Virus record (IMG/VR): IMGVR_UViG_3300012231_000032
Span: 1 to 34,506 of that record
Origin: a virus
Taxonomy: Duplodnaviria > Caudoviricetes
Strand: one strand, 5' to 3'
Length of the DNA: 34,506 bases
Shown here: piece by piece, positions 9,074-18,426 of the stretch
How the letters are laid out: each line of letters begins with the position of its first letter
How positions within the stretch are numbered: position 1 is the stretch's first letter
Notes under the pieces: generated by a model
What the model was told of the DNA's origin: nothing
The model's input: only the letters and a program-made list of their open reading frames with translations
Databases searched by the model: none
Program-made: the position numbers and the translations under genes

Positions 9074-10003
9074 TTAACCTCCGAGAAGATTGTCGAAATC
9101 TTTCGGAAGGGTTGCGCCAATCGTTTCTCTCCAAAGGGGTGCTGGGTGTCCGGCCTTTGCCAAGTCCTTAAGATACTGGAACCTTTCTGGGCTCAGCCCC
9201 TCCTCAGACGGTTTTGTTCTGGCACTTGTCCGAGAGGGTGTGCCTACAGAGGCATCCTTCCGAACCGCCTTGATCTCTTCCGTCCGAATAGCGGCTTCCT
9301 CTTTCAGTTGGGTCTCGATCTTCTGGACATTCGAGTTGACGAACCGTAGCCAGGCATACTCGCGTGCAAGTCCGAATTTTCCCGCCGCCTCAGCCTCTTC
9401 CACAGAATTCCTAACGTCAGGATTCGCATCGACGAACTGGGTTAGATCATTGAAGCGATCCCGATACTCGGGATATTTTTCAACAATCGCCTGGTCCGCC
9501 TGGATTCGGCTGAATGTCGGGGCGAAGAGTTCCTGCACGGCTTTCTGCGCTGAGTGCTTCATTGCCCTTTCCGCCACCTCTTTCGGAACTCCATAGATTT
9601 CAAATTCCGCAAGCGGGTCTGTCTCCTCCTTCACAGGAGGAGCTAGAGTCTGCTCGATCTTCGAGAGGCGCGAGGCAAGAATGTCACGCTCGGCTTTGGC
9701 CGAATTTCCCATATGCACCGCTTCGTGATATCCACGAATGGCTTCCTCTTCCGACTTCCACTTTCCAAGGAATAGTTTCTCGCCAGGTTCGGAGGTTGGC
9801 TTCGACTCGGGAGATACTTCCTCGGGTGCCGCTGTGGGGGTAGGCTCCACAGTAGGCTCAGCCACGGGGGGTGGCTGTTCTGGCTCAGTTAGGAGGGGTT
9901 GACCCGCCCGCCAGCGATCTCCACCCGTTCTTTCGAGCATATCGTCACCGATAGCTCCAAGGGCTTCGTTAGCTAGCGCCTGTGCCGTCTTCTGGTCTTC
10001 CAT
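9074..10003 (-). CDS. Capsid scaffolding protein
   Basis: Acidic, E/P-rich and helical, with a K..GK.KS.EE....Y motif; immediately before the capsid gene. GGAG precedes ATG 10003 (alternative start 10015). Confidence 0.7.
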   Translation of the reverse strand: MEDQKTAQALANEALGAIGDDMLERTGGDRWRAGQPLLTEPEQPPPVAEPTVEPTPTAAPEEVSPESKPTSEPGEKLFLGKWKSEEEAIRGYHEAVHMGNSAKAERDILASRLSKIEQTLAPPVKEETDPLAEFEIYGVPKEVAERAMKHSAQKAVQELFAPTFSRIQADQAIVEKYPEYRDRFNDLTQFVDANPDVRNSVEEAEAAGKFGLAREYAWLRFVNSNVQKIETQLKEEAAIRTEEIKAVRKDASVGTPSRTSARTKPSEEGLSPERFQYLKDLAKAGHPAPLWRETIGATLPKDFDNLLGG

Positions 10004-10325
10004 GACCATCTCCATTCTCGAAGGCAGGTCGGCTGCCCCCGAATAGGGGTATTTCCTCTAGGGACTCCTTGTCCCTAAGTGCTGCTTCTTCATCCTGAGT
10101 GTACGCCGCTTTTACTTCTGACTCAGGCCATTCGATGACCTCGCGTAGGGCCGCTATCGCGCCCCGGATGAAATCATCTGGAACCATATCCTTCCGCTTT
10201 GCGGAGGGATTAAGAAGTTGCTCATAGTATAAGCGAACTATGTCCAGCATTCTAGCCCGGACAAGAAGCCAGCCATCATGCCCCAACAGATGTTCTAAAA
10301 CTTGGTGTTCCCGATCAATAGGCAT
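9969..10325 (-). CDS. Conserved small protein between portal and scaffold
   Basis: 118 aa; L...GW.LV...RG.I.AL..V..WP pattern; TAATG coupling to the portal. Confidence 0.6.
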   Translation of the reverse strand: MPIDREHQVLEHLLGHDGWLLVRARMLDIVRLYYEQLLNPSAKRKDMVPDDFIRGAIAALREVIEWPESEVKAAYTQDEEAALRDKESLEEIPLFGGSRPAFENGDGHGRPEDGTGAS

Positions 10326-12211
10326 TACTGGACTCCTTGTCCAAGAAAATTAGTCATCTCATTGATTCCTCCAGGCTGCCCACCTGCTTCGGGAACCTGG
10401 TTTGCCCGCTGGGCTCCAGATTGTGCAAGCATGGCCTGCATCTGGGGTTCCGTGTTGATGAGTTCGTTTACGTTTGAAATCTCGAACTCGCGGAAGATAT
10501 TCCTGAAGAAGTTGATCCAATTGACTGCGGAAGCGGCGATGGGGTTCGCGCTTGCAGCTTGGAGGAGGAAGGTAAGATTTTGCTGGCGAGAGGCCCGCCC
10601 AAGGCGAGTCGTGGCTCCAATTGCTTGCGCCTCGTAGTTGGGAACTAAGTCCCAACCTGAGATTGTCTGCCGCGTAGTCTCAGGAATGGGCAGGCCGGTC
10701 ACCGGGTCAATCACTGCGTTGCCCCCCAGAATGAAGACCTCCCTAGGTAGGCTCAAAAACTGCCGATTTAGGTCTACAAACTGGTTGGCAAGCGGTTCGA
10801 GGAAGTGCTCTTCAAATAGGCGGGATTCCATAAGAAGTCTGGTTGCAACAGCCTCAGAACGTCCGATGAATTCGCGTGCAGTTTGGCGTTCCCCAGAACC
10901 CCCCATAACCGTATCTTCAATGATCCCTGTTCCTTGCTGCATCCATTGCCAGACTACATTCGTCATCTGGCCACCCATCTGCATTCCTTGTAGATTTGGT
11001 TGGACTGGCATGATGCCGTCCTGCGGCGAACCCTGCACCGGGATGAACTTGCCCGGCCGCATAAGGAGATTGCGGGTGTTTAGGTTTGTAGAGGTGTTGT
11101 AGAAGAAGGCGGGGTCAATGAAAATGTCCAAGGCATCAAGTTGCTGGTTAGTAAAGCGGTTAGCGACGATCTGAAGTTTCTTTGAAATCTCCGCCTTCCC
11201 AGCGGCAAAGAAGAAGTGAGGATCAGGCATTGGCGAGTATGCCAAGAAAGGCTTCTTTCCAGACCAGAAGGGATTGGGACGGTTACGGAAAAGATAGCGT
11301 CCGTTGCCGACCGTAACCACGCGCTCCACGATTCCGTCTGCTGCGTACTCGGAGGGGACTCGACCCCACATATTAAGCACTTCCACGGGTCGGGCATAAG
11401 GATCAGCATTACGGGCGGAGTATTCATCTAGGGTTCTGCCCTGGGAGCGCCACGTTTTGAAGTCATCCGTGACAACGGGCGCTGCGACTCCCTCGCGTTC
11501 CATGCGGGCGACCTCGGATTCGTCGAAGATGGTGATGCCATCCTCGTCGGGCCGAGCCAGGGCACGGACCTCATCCAAGTCCATGTATTCGCGTGTGATA
11601 AACCACGCCATATTGTCGATTTCACGGATTCCTGGCTCTGGAAAACAGTCCAGTAGATCAAGGATTCGCCAATCGGGGCCATCAAATGTAACCACCGACT
11701 GACGATTCTGTACCGTGACACTTTGTCCTGAGACAGGAAGTGTATGGGAACGGGAGATGAGCATTTCCTGCTCTTTATAACTCCATCCCCATTGAGCAAT
11801 GGAAGTTCCGTAGAGGTCTGCGGTAAGGAAAAGTTCATAACCCTTCTTGAATGCGCCATTGTCCTTCATTTGGGCGGAAATCAATGCTTCCCGCTTGCGG
11901 GCGATGGTGGCATCGTCGGGACCATAGCCAATGAAGGAGACAATCGGCCAGGAACCAAAGGAAGTCTGAGTTTTTCTCGCCACATCCGACTGGATTGTGC
12001 TGAAAATCAGCGGAATGGCGATATCGTTCTTGTGGGGAGAGAAGCGACCTGAAATTACGCATCGGTAGAGGTCATAAAGCTGGGGGAGGAGCTTCCGAAT
12101 GCCGGAGAAGTACATCTCGGAGGTGTTTTTCCGGGATGTGACCATTTGGATGAGTTGATCGCGGAAGGCGACAGGGTTGTCAGCACGTTTGATTGTCGGT
12201 TGGAGCGCCAT
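10325..12211 (-). CDS. Portal protein
   Basis: 628 aa; YGT.I, NPFW.G.KPF....P.P..FF..G, RPGK.I.V and TA.E motifs; Q/G-rich tail; position upstream of scaffold and capsid. Confidence 0.88.
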   Translation of the reverse strand: MALQPTIKRADNPVAFRDQLIQMVTSRKNTSEMYFSGIRKLLPQLYDLYRCVISGRFSPHKNDIAIPLIFSTIQSDVARKTQTSFGSWPIVSFIGYGPDDATIARKREALISAQMKDNGAFKKGYELFLTADLYGTSIAQWGWSYKEQEMLISRSHTLPVSGQSVTVQNRQSVVTFDGPDWRILDLLDCFPEPGIREIDNMAWFITREYMDLDEVRALARPDEDGITIFDESEVARMEREGVAAPVVTDDFKTWRSQGRTLDEYSARNADPYARPVEVLNMWGRVPSEYAADGIVERVVTVGNGRYLFRNRPNPFWSGKKPFLAYSPMPDPHFFFAAGKAEISKKLQIVANRFTNQQLDALDIFIDPAFFYNTSTNLNTRNLLMRPGKFIPVQGSPQDGIMPVQPNLQGMQMGGQMTNVVWQWMQQGTGIIEDTVMGGSGERQTAREFIGRSEAVATRLLMESRLFEEHFLEPLANQFVDLNRQFLSLPREVFILGGNAVIDPVTGLPIPETTRQTISGWDLVPNYEAQAIGATTRLGRASRQQNLTFLLQAASANPIAASAVNWINFFRNIFREFEISNVNELINTEPQMQAMLAQSGAQRANQVPEAGGQPGGINEMTNFLGQGVQ

Positions 12212-12683
12212 CCTTGGCCCTCATTTGGTTAATTAAGTACGAAACAGCTTTTTGCAACAATGCTAGGTTGTCGTTAAATCTACCAAGCCCGGCGTTACAT
12301 GCGTTACACAAGAGCCCTCGTATGGCTCCTGATTCATGGTCGTGATCGACGGAGAGGCGATTGTTCTTACCTCGCTCGGGCTTTCCACAGATTGCACAGA
12401 CGCCATTTTGGGACTCAAGGAGGGTCGCAAATTCCTCCACAGACATATCATAACGCCTTTTAAGGTCACTGCGAAGCCATATTTCTGGTTTCTTACGGTA
12501 GTTAGCCTTAGCTCGGGAGCGGAACTTTTCCTTATTTCTGGCGTAATTGAGTCTGCCCAAAGCACGAACTTTGTCTGGATGGCGCTTCTTCCACCGCCGA
12601 ACTTCCTCGATGTGGCGTTTCTCACGATCTGAACCAAGGGGGTAGCGCAATCGGTAGTCGCTCTCCATCCTTGTCGATGACAT
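12180..12683 (-). CDS. Endonuclease VII-family (His-Me finger) nuclease
   Basis: Q.G.CAIC...LSVDHDH.SG.IRGLLC..CN.GLG.F.D signature. Confidence 0.9.
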   Translation of the reverse strand: MSSTRMESDYRLRYPLGSDREKRHIEEVRRWKKRHPDKVRALGRLNYARNKEKFRSRAKANYRKKPEIWLRSDLKRRYDMSVEEFATLLESQNGVCAICGKPERGKNNRLSVDHDHESGAIRGLLCNACNAGLGRFNDNLALLQKAVSYLINQMRAKDGAPTDNQTC

Positions 12684-13335
12684 ACCCCTCCTTGCGTATG
12701 AACTCGCAGAGATCGCGGGTTAGAAGAACGTCGGAAAGGCAATAATTCACTAGTTCCGCCCATTTGCCCTCAACAACAAGTTGCGGGGCATGCTCTCCAC
12801 TGCCGATCTTTCCCATCCCAAATGTATTGCGACAGAGGGCGTCAAGTCCGTGTCCCTTCCAAGACTTTCCCGCAAGTTCCAGAGCCCGCTTAACGTCTGC
12901 GAAGATGTCCACATGCTCCACAAGTTTGAGGGGACGGGCCAATGAATTTTGAATAAGTTGAACATCGAACCAGGCACCATTGAAGGACACCACAATTTGA
13001 GATCGCTCCAAGTGATCTGCGGCGTCCGCAAGCGTATGGTCGTCATAGAAAAATGGTCTTTTGGCACGGGAGTCCCAGATGCAGAGCATGCTGACTCCGC
13101 CGGTTTTCTTGACTTCATCCCATCCTCCACAGGACTCAACGGAACGTCGGATTTCGAGGTCGAAGTAACAGATGTGAAGGTCCGGTCTTGTCTCGACCAC
13201 AATCTTCGATGGAAGTCCAGATGCGTGGATTTCCTCGTATTGGTCCGTCCAGAAGCGCCCGTGGGACGGGGCATTAGTAGGAGTGCTCGTCCATTTCGGA
13301 CCAGGTGTCAACCCAGGTTCCGTGGGTAAGGTCAT
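12622..13335 (-). CDS. RNase H-like DEDDy 3'-5' exonuclease (RNase_H_2 / YprB-like)
   Basis: Exo motifs FDLE, VSFNG..FD, LD.LC...G.GK and YC..DV.LT. Start uncertain; ATG 13335 chosen over 13482. Confidence 0.8.
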   Translation of the reverse strand: MTLPTEPGLTPGPKWTSTPTNAPSHGRFWTDQYEEIHASGLPSKIVVETRPDLHICYFDLEIRRSVESCGGWDEVKKTGGVSMLCIWDSRAKRPFFYDDHTLADAADHLERSQIVVSFNGAWFDVQLIQNSLARPLKLVEHVDIFADVKRALELAGKSWKGHGLDALCRNTFGMGKIGSGEHAPQLVVEGKWAELVNYCLSDVLLTRDLCEFIRKEGYVIDKDGERLPIALPPWFRS

Positions 13336-14983
13336 AGATTTGTCTCGCCTCGTTGTTGGTGATCCGGCGACCGAGGATAGCGTCGCCAGGTTGGACGGGG
13401 ATTCCACCCTCGTCGGAAGAAGACATTGAAGGGTTAAGCATGGGTTGGTAAACCTCGGGGCAGAAGACATCGGCTGCGGCATCTGCCCAATCGTCGTGGC
13501 TGGAAACTCCTGCGCGGATCATTTGGGCGACGAGCTTATGAACTCCGGGAGCCTCACGGACCAGGCGGACGTGGCCATCCACCCAGAAGCCAGCGGCCTC
13601 AGTGATTCGGTTATTTTTTCTCGAACGGGTACGACCAAGTTGGATAACTGGCGGGAGGACCAACCCTGCTCCGTGGAAGGATGAATTAAGCCAATTCGTC
13701 CATGCGCCAGTCTTACCTCCCATTTCTCGCTCGTCTGTGATACATCGGATGCGTTTGCCCTCGCGCTTAAAGCGTTGGCAAATCTTGATAAGTTCGTCGG
13801 TAAAGTCCTCGATTCGCCACTGGTTACTACCATAACCTTCGAGGTAGAAAACATCGCCTGTTCCTCGGGGATCATGCCCGAAGATAACAATAACGGATTC
13901 ATCGCCGCGCCCTTTCCGCTCGGTGGATTTGAAGGCGGTGTCTATGTGGATGGTGTAGTAGAGAAAGCTGGGGACATCCTCCTTCTCGATCCAGAGTTGT
14001 TTCACTTGGTCATGGGTTAAGGCCATGTGCTCGCCCGTGCCGGGCTCGTTTAGCATCTGGGCGGCGAATTCGACGGGGCGGGTTTCTTCGTATTTCTTCA
14101 GTTCTGCGGTGGGCCAGATTTCGGGGAAGATGGACTCACCGGAGGAGTCATAACATTGAAGGAAGTAGACATCCCATTCTCCGTCAGGCTTGACAACAAA
14201 TTGCTCGTTCGTTGGCTGCATTCCCGTCCAAGATCGAACACCTTCCGTAGGGAGGTACGTTCCGATAACGTCACCATCTCTGTACCGCGTAAGAGACAGC
14301 ATGAAAAATGAGTCTGTGCGAAAGGCGGGTCGGAGGGCGGCAACCGACTGATTGACGGTGTAGAGCCAAGCACCCGATTCTTTGAGTTTTTCTTCTGAAA
14401 GCGGATCGTCAAAAACGCCCCAGTCTGGATGGTCTCCTGTAATTCCAGTCTCCACCGCCCAAACGTCGAAGGAGGCTTCGGAACGCGCGATGCTTTTTCT
14501 CGCCGCGTGGACAAGCTTAGAGGCGGTCCAGGGGCGGTCAGGGGCGTACCAGACTCCGAAAAGCCAGGGGAAGTAGGCATAGGGGTCATTCCCTTCGAGG
14601 ATGATGCGGATGGGGGTTAGGAAGTCTACCGCTTTTGAAGAGACTTCTGAGCCGATGAAGGAGCTTAGGTTTGGGTTACGGACGTGCGCCCAGAGGGAGA
14701 GGGCTTTCGTGCCCATGACGGTTTTGCCGAAGGAGCGGGGGATGATAAGGGCGACTTTTGTGCGCTTTTTGATGAGGTGCTTGCGGTTGTATTCCCAGGA
14801 CTCCACGCGCGCCTGAAGCCAGTCTGCGATGGGTTTGTGAAGGCGGGCCGTAAGCCAGGCGTCATTGGGGTGGTCCTTCATGTAGAAGTCTGCCCCCCAG
14901 CCCACACGGAGAAACCACCAAAAGGACTCGGCACAGATCGAGCGCCAGAGGGTGCGCTCAGCTTCGTAAGGCCAGGGAGTCAT
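13274..14983 (-). CDS. terL: Terminase large subunit
   Basis: Walker A IPRSFGKT, Walker B-like GVFDDP, nuclease motifs HIDTAF and HDDWADA. ATG 14983 has an AAAGGA RBS and ATGA overlap. Confidence 0.9.
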   Translation of the reverse strand: MTPWPYEAERTLWRSICAESFWWFLRVGWGADFYMKDHPNDAWLTARLHKPIADWLQARVESWEYNRKHLIKKRTKVALIIPRSFGKTVMGTKALSLWAHVRNPNLSSFIGSEVSSKAVDFLTPIRIILEGNDPYAYFPWLFGVWYAPDRPWTASKLVHAARKSIARSEASFDVWAVETGITGDHPDWGVFDDPLSEEKLKESGAWLYTVNQSVAALRPAFRTDSFFMLSLTRYRDGDVIGTYLPTEGVRSWTGMQPTNEQFVVKPDGEWDVYFLQCYDSSGESIFPEIWPTAELKKYEETRPVEFAAQMLNEPGTGEHMALTHDQVKQLWIEKEDVPSFLYYTIHIDTAFKSTERKGRGDESVIVIFGHDPRGTGDVFYLEGYGSNQWRIEDFTDELIKICQRFKREGKRIRCITDEREMGGKTGAWTNWLNSSFHGAGLVLPPVIQLGRTRSRKNNRITEAAGFWVDGHVRLVREAPGVHKLVAQMIRAGVSSHDDWADAAADVFCPEVYQPMLNPSMSSSDEGGIPVQPGDAILGRRITNNEARQIYDLTHGTWVDTWSEMDEHSY

Positions 14984-15603
14984 GTGGTCCTTTGAAGAAA
15001 GCCGTGGTTTGCGAGCGAGAAGCCGAGGCGGGAACAGTTCTCGGTTAGTTCCCACCCAGGAGTCTCGCCCAGGAAGGTGTCTACTGCTTCCCAGGGGCCA
15101 GGACCGCCGAGGGGGCAGGGATGATTAATAATGGTGTCCTCTACGACGAGGTAATGAGACTTCAGGACGAACTTTGAATAGCTTCGCAATTCTGCTAAGA
15201 CGTGCTCTTCGGAATGGTCCGAATCGAGGATTACGAAGCAGGAGGAGTTTTCGGGAATGTGGCTAGAGATGTGAGAAAGAATGTTTGGATCAACGGAGTT
15301 TCCCAGGACACAGGTTATGTTCGGGTGGCGGGCTACTTGGGAGTCCCAAGCACCTTCGCTGTCGATGGAGATGACGTGGCCATGACCGAGGAGTTGGGTC
15401 ATGTGAGCGAAGAAGAGGGTCGAGCCACCTCGGTGTGCTCCTGTCTCGACGATATAGTCAGGATGGACCTCGGAGAGGAGTTCTTGGTAGAGGAAGAGAT
15501 CGAGGGGATTTTTGAGGATGGGAACGCCGAACCAGGTGAGGTTCTGGCAGGCGGGGGAGGCGAACCAGGCTTGGGCGAAGGCATTGTGGACACGGGAACT
15601 CAT
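14980..15603 (-). CDS. CmcI / rhamnosyl O-methyltransferase-like SAM methyltransferase
   Basis: W.GVP.LK.P.DL..YQE, P..IVETG...GGS.LF.A, ILDSDHS..HV..EL..Y and YLVVEDT motifs; ATGA couplings at both ends. Confidence 0.85.
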   Translation of the reverse strand: MSSRVHNAFAQAWFASPACQNLTWFGVPILKNPLDLFLYQELLSEVHPDYIVETGAHRGGSTLFFAHMTQLLGHGHVISIDSEGAWDSQVARHPNITCVLGNSVDPNILSHISSHIPENSSCFVILDSDHSEEHVLAELRSYSKFVLKSHYLVVEDTIINHPCPLGGPGPWEAVDTFLGETPGWELTENCSRLGFSLANHGFLQRTT

Positions 15604-15860
15604 TTGTCTCGCCCACGCAGGAGGGTGAGGTGTTTGATGTGGACGATGGGGATGACGTGGGGTGTGCGGCACTCGCCAGACTCGGGGTCATAGTCGGAAG
15701 AAAGGCGAATGATCTTCTTATCTTTGGAGTAGAAGTAGCCGACAGTTCTCATTGCAGCCATGCCGGGGGGATTGGTTTCGTCGTTGTTAAGATAGACAGC
15801 GGCGTCGATCCACTCGCACTCGTAGATTTGCGGAGGGTCTTTAGGCGCGGGGAGACGCAC
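15600..15860 (-). CDS. Conserved phage hypothetical protein (86 aa)
   Basis: EW.DA...TVG......I.L.S......IP...I pattern; coupled to both neighbours. Confidence 0.6.
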   Translation of the reverse strand: MRLPAPKDPPQIYECEWIDAAVYLNNDETNPPGMAAMRTVGYFYSKDKKIIRLSSDYDPESGECRTPHVIPIVHIKHLTLLRGRDK

Positions 15861-16044
15861 TTGGGGTTCTCCTGGACTCGGCTAATCGTTTATCTCGCAA
15901 CGCAATGATCTGGTAGAAACTAGTTAGACCCTGTTCGCGGGCTTCTGCATAAGCGGCTTCCTTAATTTGGTAGTGATATAGGCAGAACCATGTGGCGGGA
16001 GAAGGATCGCCACAAACGATGCACCTATCGTCCGTCAATCCCAC
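15841..16044 (-). CDS. Small Zn-finger-like protein
   Basis: CxxC...CxxH motif; AAGGAG RBS near the start. Confidence 0.5.
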   Translation of the reverse strand: MGLTDDRCIVCGDPSPATWFCLYHYQIKEAAYAEAREQGLTSFYQIIALRDKRLAESRRTPSASPRA

Positions 16045-16568
16045 TCCTTCTTGGCTAGGACGAGGGCGGCTGCGTGAACAGTGGGGCCACAGGCGGAGAT
16101 GAGAAGGGCCAGGCGGCTGACTCGATCCTCGACGGTGAGAGGGGGGCCTGGGCCTAGTTCCCTCGCGGAGCCGATGGATTCGTCAATGCGGTGAAGCTCC
16201 CGGATGGCGGAGATGCGAGCTTCTGTTCGGGAATCTTCCGATGAGGCTAGGCGTGTGAGAAGTTCTCGCTTGGCGATTGTGGTAAGCGTGGGGCTTGCAG
16301 CGATTTTGGCAACTTCGGGTTCTTTCTCCTCGGAGGTTTCGATGGCGTGGCCGAGGGGGTCATGGCGGCGCGTATATGGGCGGGGGATGTGCCCGCCGTA
16401 TTTGCGTTGGTACTTTAAGACGAGGCTGGGGGATGCGCCGGTAGCGTCGGAGATTTGACGTGTAGTCATCTCGGGTGCGCCGGGGTGCTGCTCTAGGAAA
16501 AGTTTCAGGCGGATGCCCTGGGTGGTTTTTTTGTTTGGGGTGCCGGGGGGCCTGCCTCGCTTAGCCAT
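16035..16568 (-). CDS. Probable terminase small subunit / DNA-binding protein
   Basis: First gene of the packaging arm; AAAGGA RBS; KRGRPPG AT-hook-like N-terminus, HTH-like segment (TRQISDATGASPSLV), and an R.SAI.EL helix. Confidence 0.55.
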   Translation of the reverse strand: MAKRGRPPGTPNKKTTQGIRLKLFLEQHPGAPEMTTRQISDATGASPSLVLKYQRKYGGHIPRPYTRRHDPLGHAIETSEEKEPEVAKIAASPTLTTIAKRELLTRLASSEDSRTEARISAIRELHRIDESIGSARELGPGPPLTVEDRVSRLALLISACGPTVHAAALVLAKKEWD

Positions 16569-17019
16569 TAGTCCTTTCGGGTGAGAATGAAAATTGGAGC
16601 CGCACTATTAGCTGCTTAGAGAACGTGCATATCCCCGCGCGTGGGTACGCCCGCCCGCCTCCTTATCCGCGCATGCGCCCGCGTCGTCGTATGCGCGTGA
16701 TGCGCGAACTATTGTCAACATTGTTTCATTGCGACAATGCCGCGCTGATCGCGTGCGGCCTTGCCTCGCCCAGTCCGTGCCGCGCCGCTCCGCTCCATTG
16801 CGCGAGACATGCGAGGCGCAGCAGCAGCGGAAGGCATGGCAATAGCAAATCACGCAAAATGCCCCATGTCAAGGGGGAAAATGCCCGAAATGCTATTGAG
16901 ACAGAGTATCAAAAACCCCGTATCACACCATAATTGTGTCAAAATAGAGCGCGGCCTGATAATTGCATAGCCAATAGCTCAGCATCGGAAATACCTCCGA
17001 ACGCATCGAAAGGAACGCC
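16569..17019. promoter_or_regulatory. Divergent non-coding control region; candidate genome terminus or pac region
   Basis: No credible ORF; the two arms diverge here; alternating purine-pyrimidine tracts; three TGTCAA copies (16713, 16867, 16937); strand skew flips. Confidence 0.6.
16952..16967 (+). promoter_or_regulatory. Sigma-54-like -24/-12 element
   Basis: CGGCCTGATAATTGCA has exact GG-N10-GC spacing with TTGCA, about 50 nt before the first plus-strand ATG. A second GG-N10-GC lies at 16832-16847 (AGGCATGGCAATAGCA). Confidence 0.4.
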
Positions 17020-17913
17020 ATGCAAATGTATGTCGTGGCCAAGGGTGCTCTGGAAAGGCTTAGACGCCGATACCATTTCGAGGCTAAGCTAATGGAACCC
17101 ATCCGCATTGACTTCCCGAGCCTCGGCGCAATGGCCGACCGCGCCAATTCCGCCCCCAAAGATGGTGCCTCATGGCAGACCGACGGTTCGCATGGCATTA
17201 ACTCGTGGACCTTCGGCGTCTCTCGCCCCCGCGCGGTTGAAATGGCAAAGCACGGTTGGCCCGAGGGCGCTGCTGCCACCAAGCGCCTGCTAGATGACCT
17301 GAACCTACCTCCCATCGAAGAACCCTATTCGCAGACCTTCCACGGTGTTACCGGCGCATACGTTGACGTAGGAGAATACGTCCAAGGCATGCCCGAATGC
17401 ATGATCGACTTTCAGGAGGATAAACGTGCCGCGCGCTTCGTGCATATCATCGTCGCTGGCGGATACGCGGCTGCATTCTCCGCCGACGAGATCATGCAAC
17501 GCGGAGTTACCATCGCCGCTTGTATAGACGCGCTCGAAGCTCGGGGCGTCCGCTGTAGCGTTGAAATGCGTTACCAATCCCCCGAATGGCACACCATCTC
17601 CGTTGACCTAAAGCATGCATCCGACCCGCTCAACCTAGACGTGCTCGCATTCGCCCTAGCGCATCCCGCTTGCTACCGTCGCCTCGGCTTCGGTGTCTGC
17701 GACGCGCAACCGGACGCAATCCGCGATGCCGCCGGTTTCCGCGAGGGGCTCGGATACGGTTCTTCTCAACCCTTTACCGATATCGACCCCTCCGCCCTCC
17801 TCTTCAATACCATGAAATACGGGACGCATTGGACCCGCGCCTACTCTCTCAAAAAGGTCCGCGAAGCCTTGGCGAAATACACTCTTGCCACAACTTCCGT
17901 GGAGGAAACATGA
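17020..17913 (+). CDS. vWA-like phage protein (DUF7192 / CobT-like)
   Basis: G.YVDV..Y..G.PECM, RG..I...ID.LE..G.R and K....L....LAF.L.HP...RR..F motifs; AAAGGA RBS. Confidence 0.65.
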   Translation: MQMYVVAKGALERLRRRYHFEAKLMEPIRIDFPSLGAMADRANSAPKDGASWQTDGSHGINSWTFGVSRPRAVEMAKHGWPEGAAATKRLLDDLNLPPIEEPYSQTFHGVTGAYVDVGEYVQGMPECMIDFQEDKRAARFVHIIVAGGYAAAFSADEIMQRGVTIAACIDALEARGVRCSVEMRYQSPEWHTISVDLKHASDPLNLDVLAFALAHPACYRRLGFGVCDAQPDAIRDAAGFREGLGYGSSQPFTDIDPSALLFNTMKYGTHWTRAYSLKKVREALAKYTLATTSVEET

Positions 17914-18152
17914 AAAACACCCAAAGTAAAACCGTCACACGTCAGCACGCCTACGAGACATGGCGCACGCCCGACGGCTCATGGATTTGGTACGTTCTCA
18001 AGAAGTACCAATCCCCAGAAGCCGAAGCAAAGAACCCCTACGCGCGCTGGTTCTGCGATGTCGTCTCGCCTATCGTCGGCGAGCGCGGGGAATTGGGAGA
18101 CGTTTACGTCCGAGATATCAAAAACGTCGCAATCCGCGATGAGGCAGCATAA
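17910..18152 (+). CDS. Conserved early phage protein (80 aa, possibly DUF2958-like)
   Basis: GGAGG RBS; ATGA overlap; W.WYVLK.YQ...PYARWFC.V.SP...E.GDVY motif. Confidence 0.65.
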   Translation: MKNTQSKTVTRQHAYETWRTPDGSWIWYVLKKYQSPEAEAKNPYARWFCDVVSPIVGERGELGDVYVRDIKNVAIRDEAA

Positions 18153-18415
18153 TGCCATACGCAATAGAATACCCAGACTCCGGCTCCGCTCCCTGTCTTC
18201 AGCGGGTCGCATTCCATTCGGAGAGCATGTCTCTCCGGTTCTCTCCCATCGGAGCCCTTGAACCCTGCGACCCGACAGACCTTGAAATGGAATCCTTCGA
18301 CTTCTACCTCGCATCCCAACGCCTTGAACCCCCGGCCGGTACGGTTGTTCGCATCGGCTCGCGCACCTTCGCCTGTATCCGCTCGTCAATAGTTTGCTAC
18401 TACCATCTAGCCTAA
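18152..18415 (+). CDS. Hypothetical early protein
   Basis: TAATG coupling; codon style matches neighbours. Confidence 0.55.
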   Translation: MPYAIEYPDSGSAPCLQRVAFHSESMSLRFSPIGALEPCDPTDLEMESFDFYLASQRLEPPAGTVVRIGSRTFACIRSSIVCYYHLA

Positions 18416-18426
18416 CCGGAGCCACC

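Noticed and set aside
12750-13274. 174-aa ORF starting at a TAATG overlap with the terL stop
   Set aside because: It is out of frame with the exonuclease motifs and does not look protein-like. The coupled ATG is curious, but no slippery site was evident.
175-16458. Numerous plus-strand ORFs across the structural arm, and minus-strand ORFs across 17000-34500
   Set aside because: They are antisense shadows of well-supported genes, with no motifs or RBS.
16690-16942. Three minus-strand TTGACA hexamers as late sigma-70 promoters
   Set aside because: None has a credible -10 element at 16-18 nt spacing.
16608-16970. ORFs inside the divergent intergenic region
   Set aside because: They are low-complexity Arg/Ala translations of GC tracts with no RBS.
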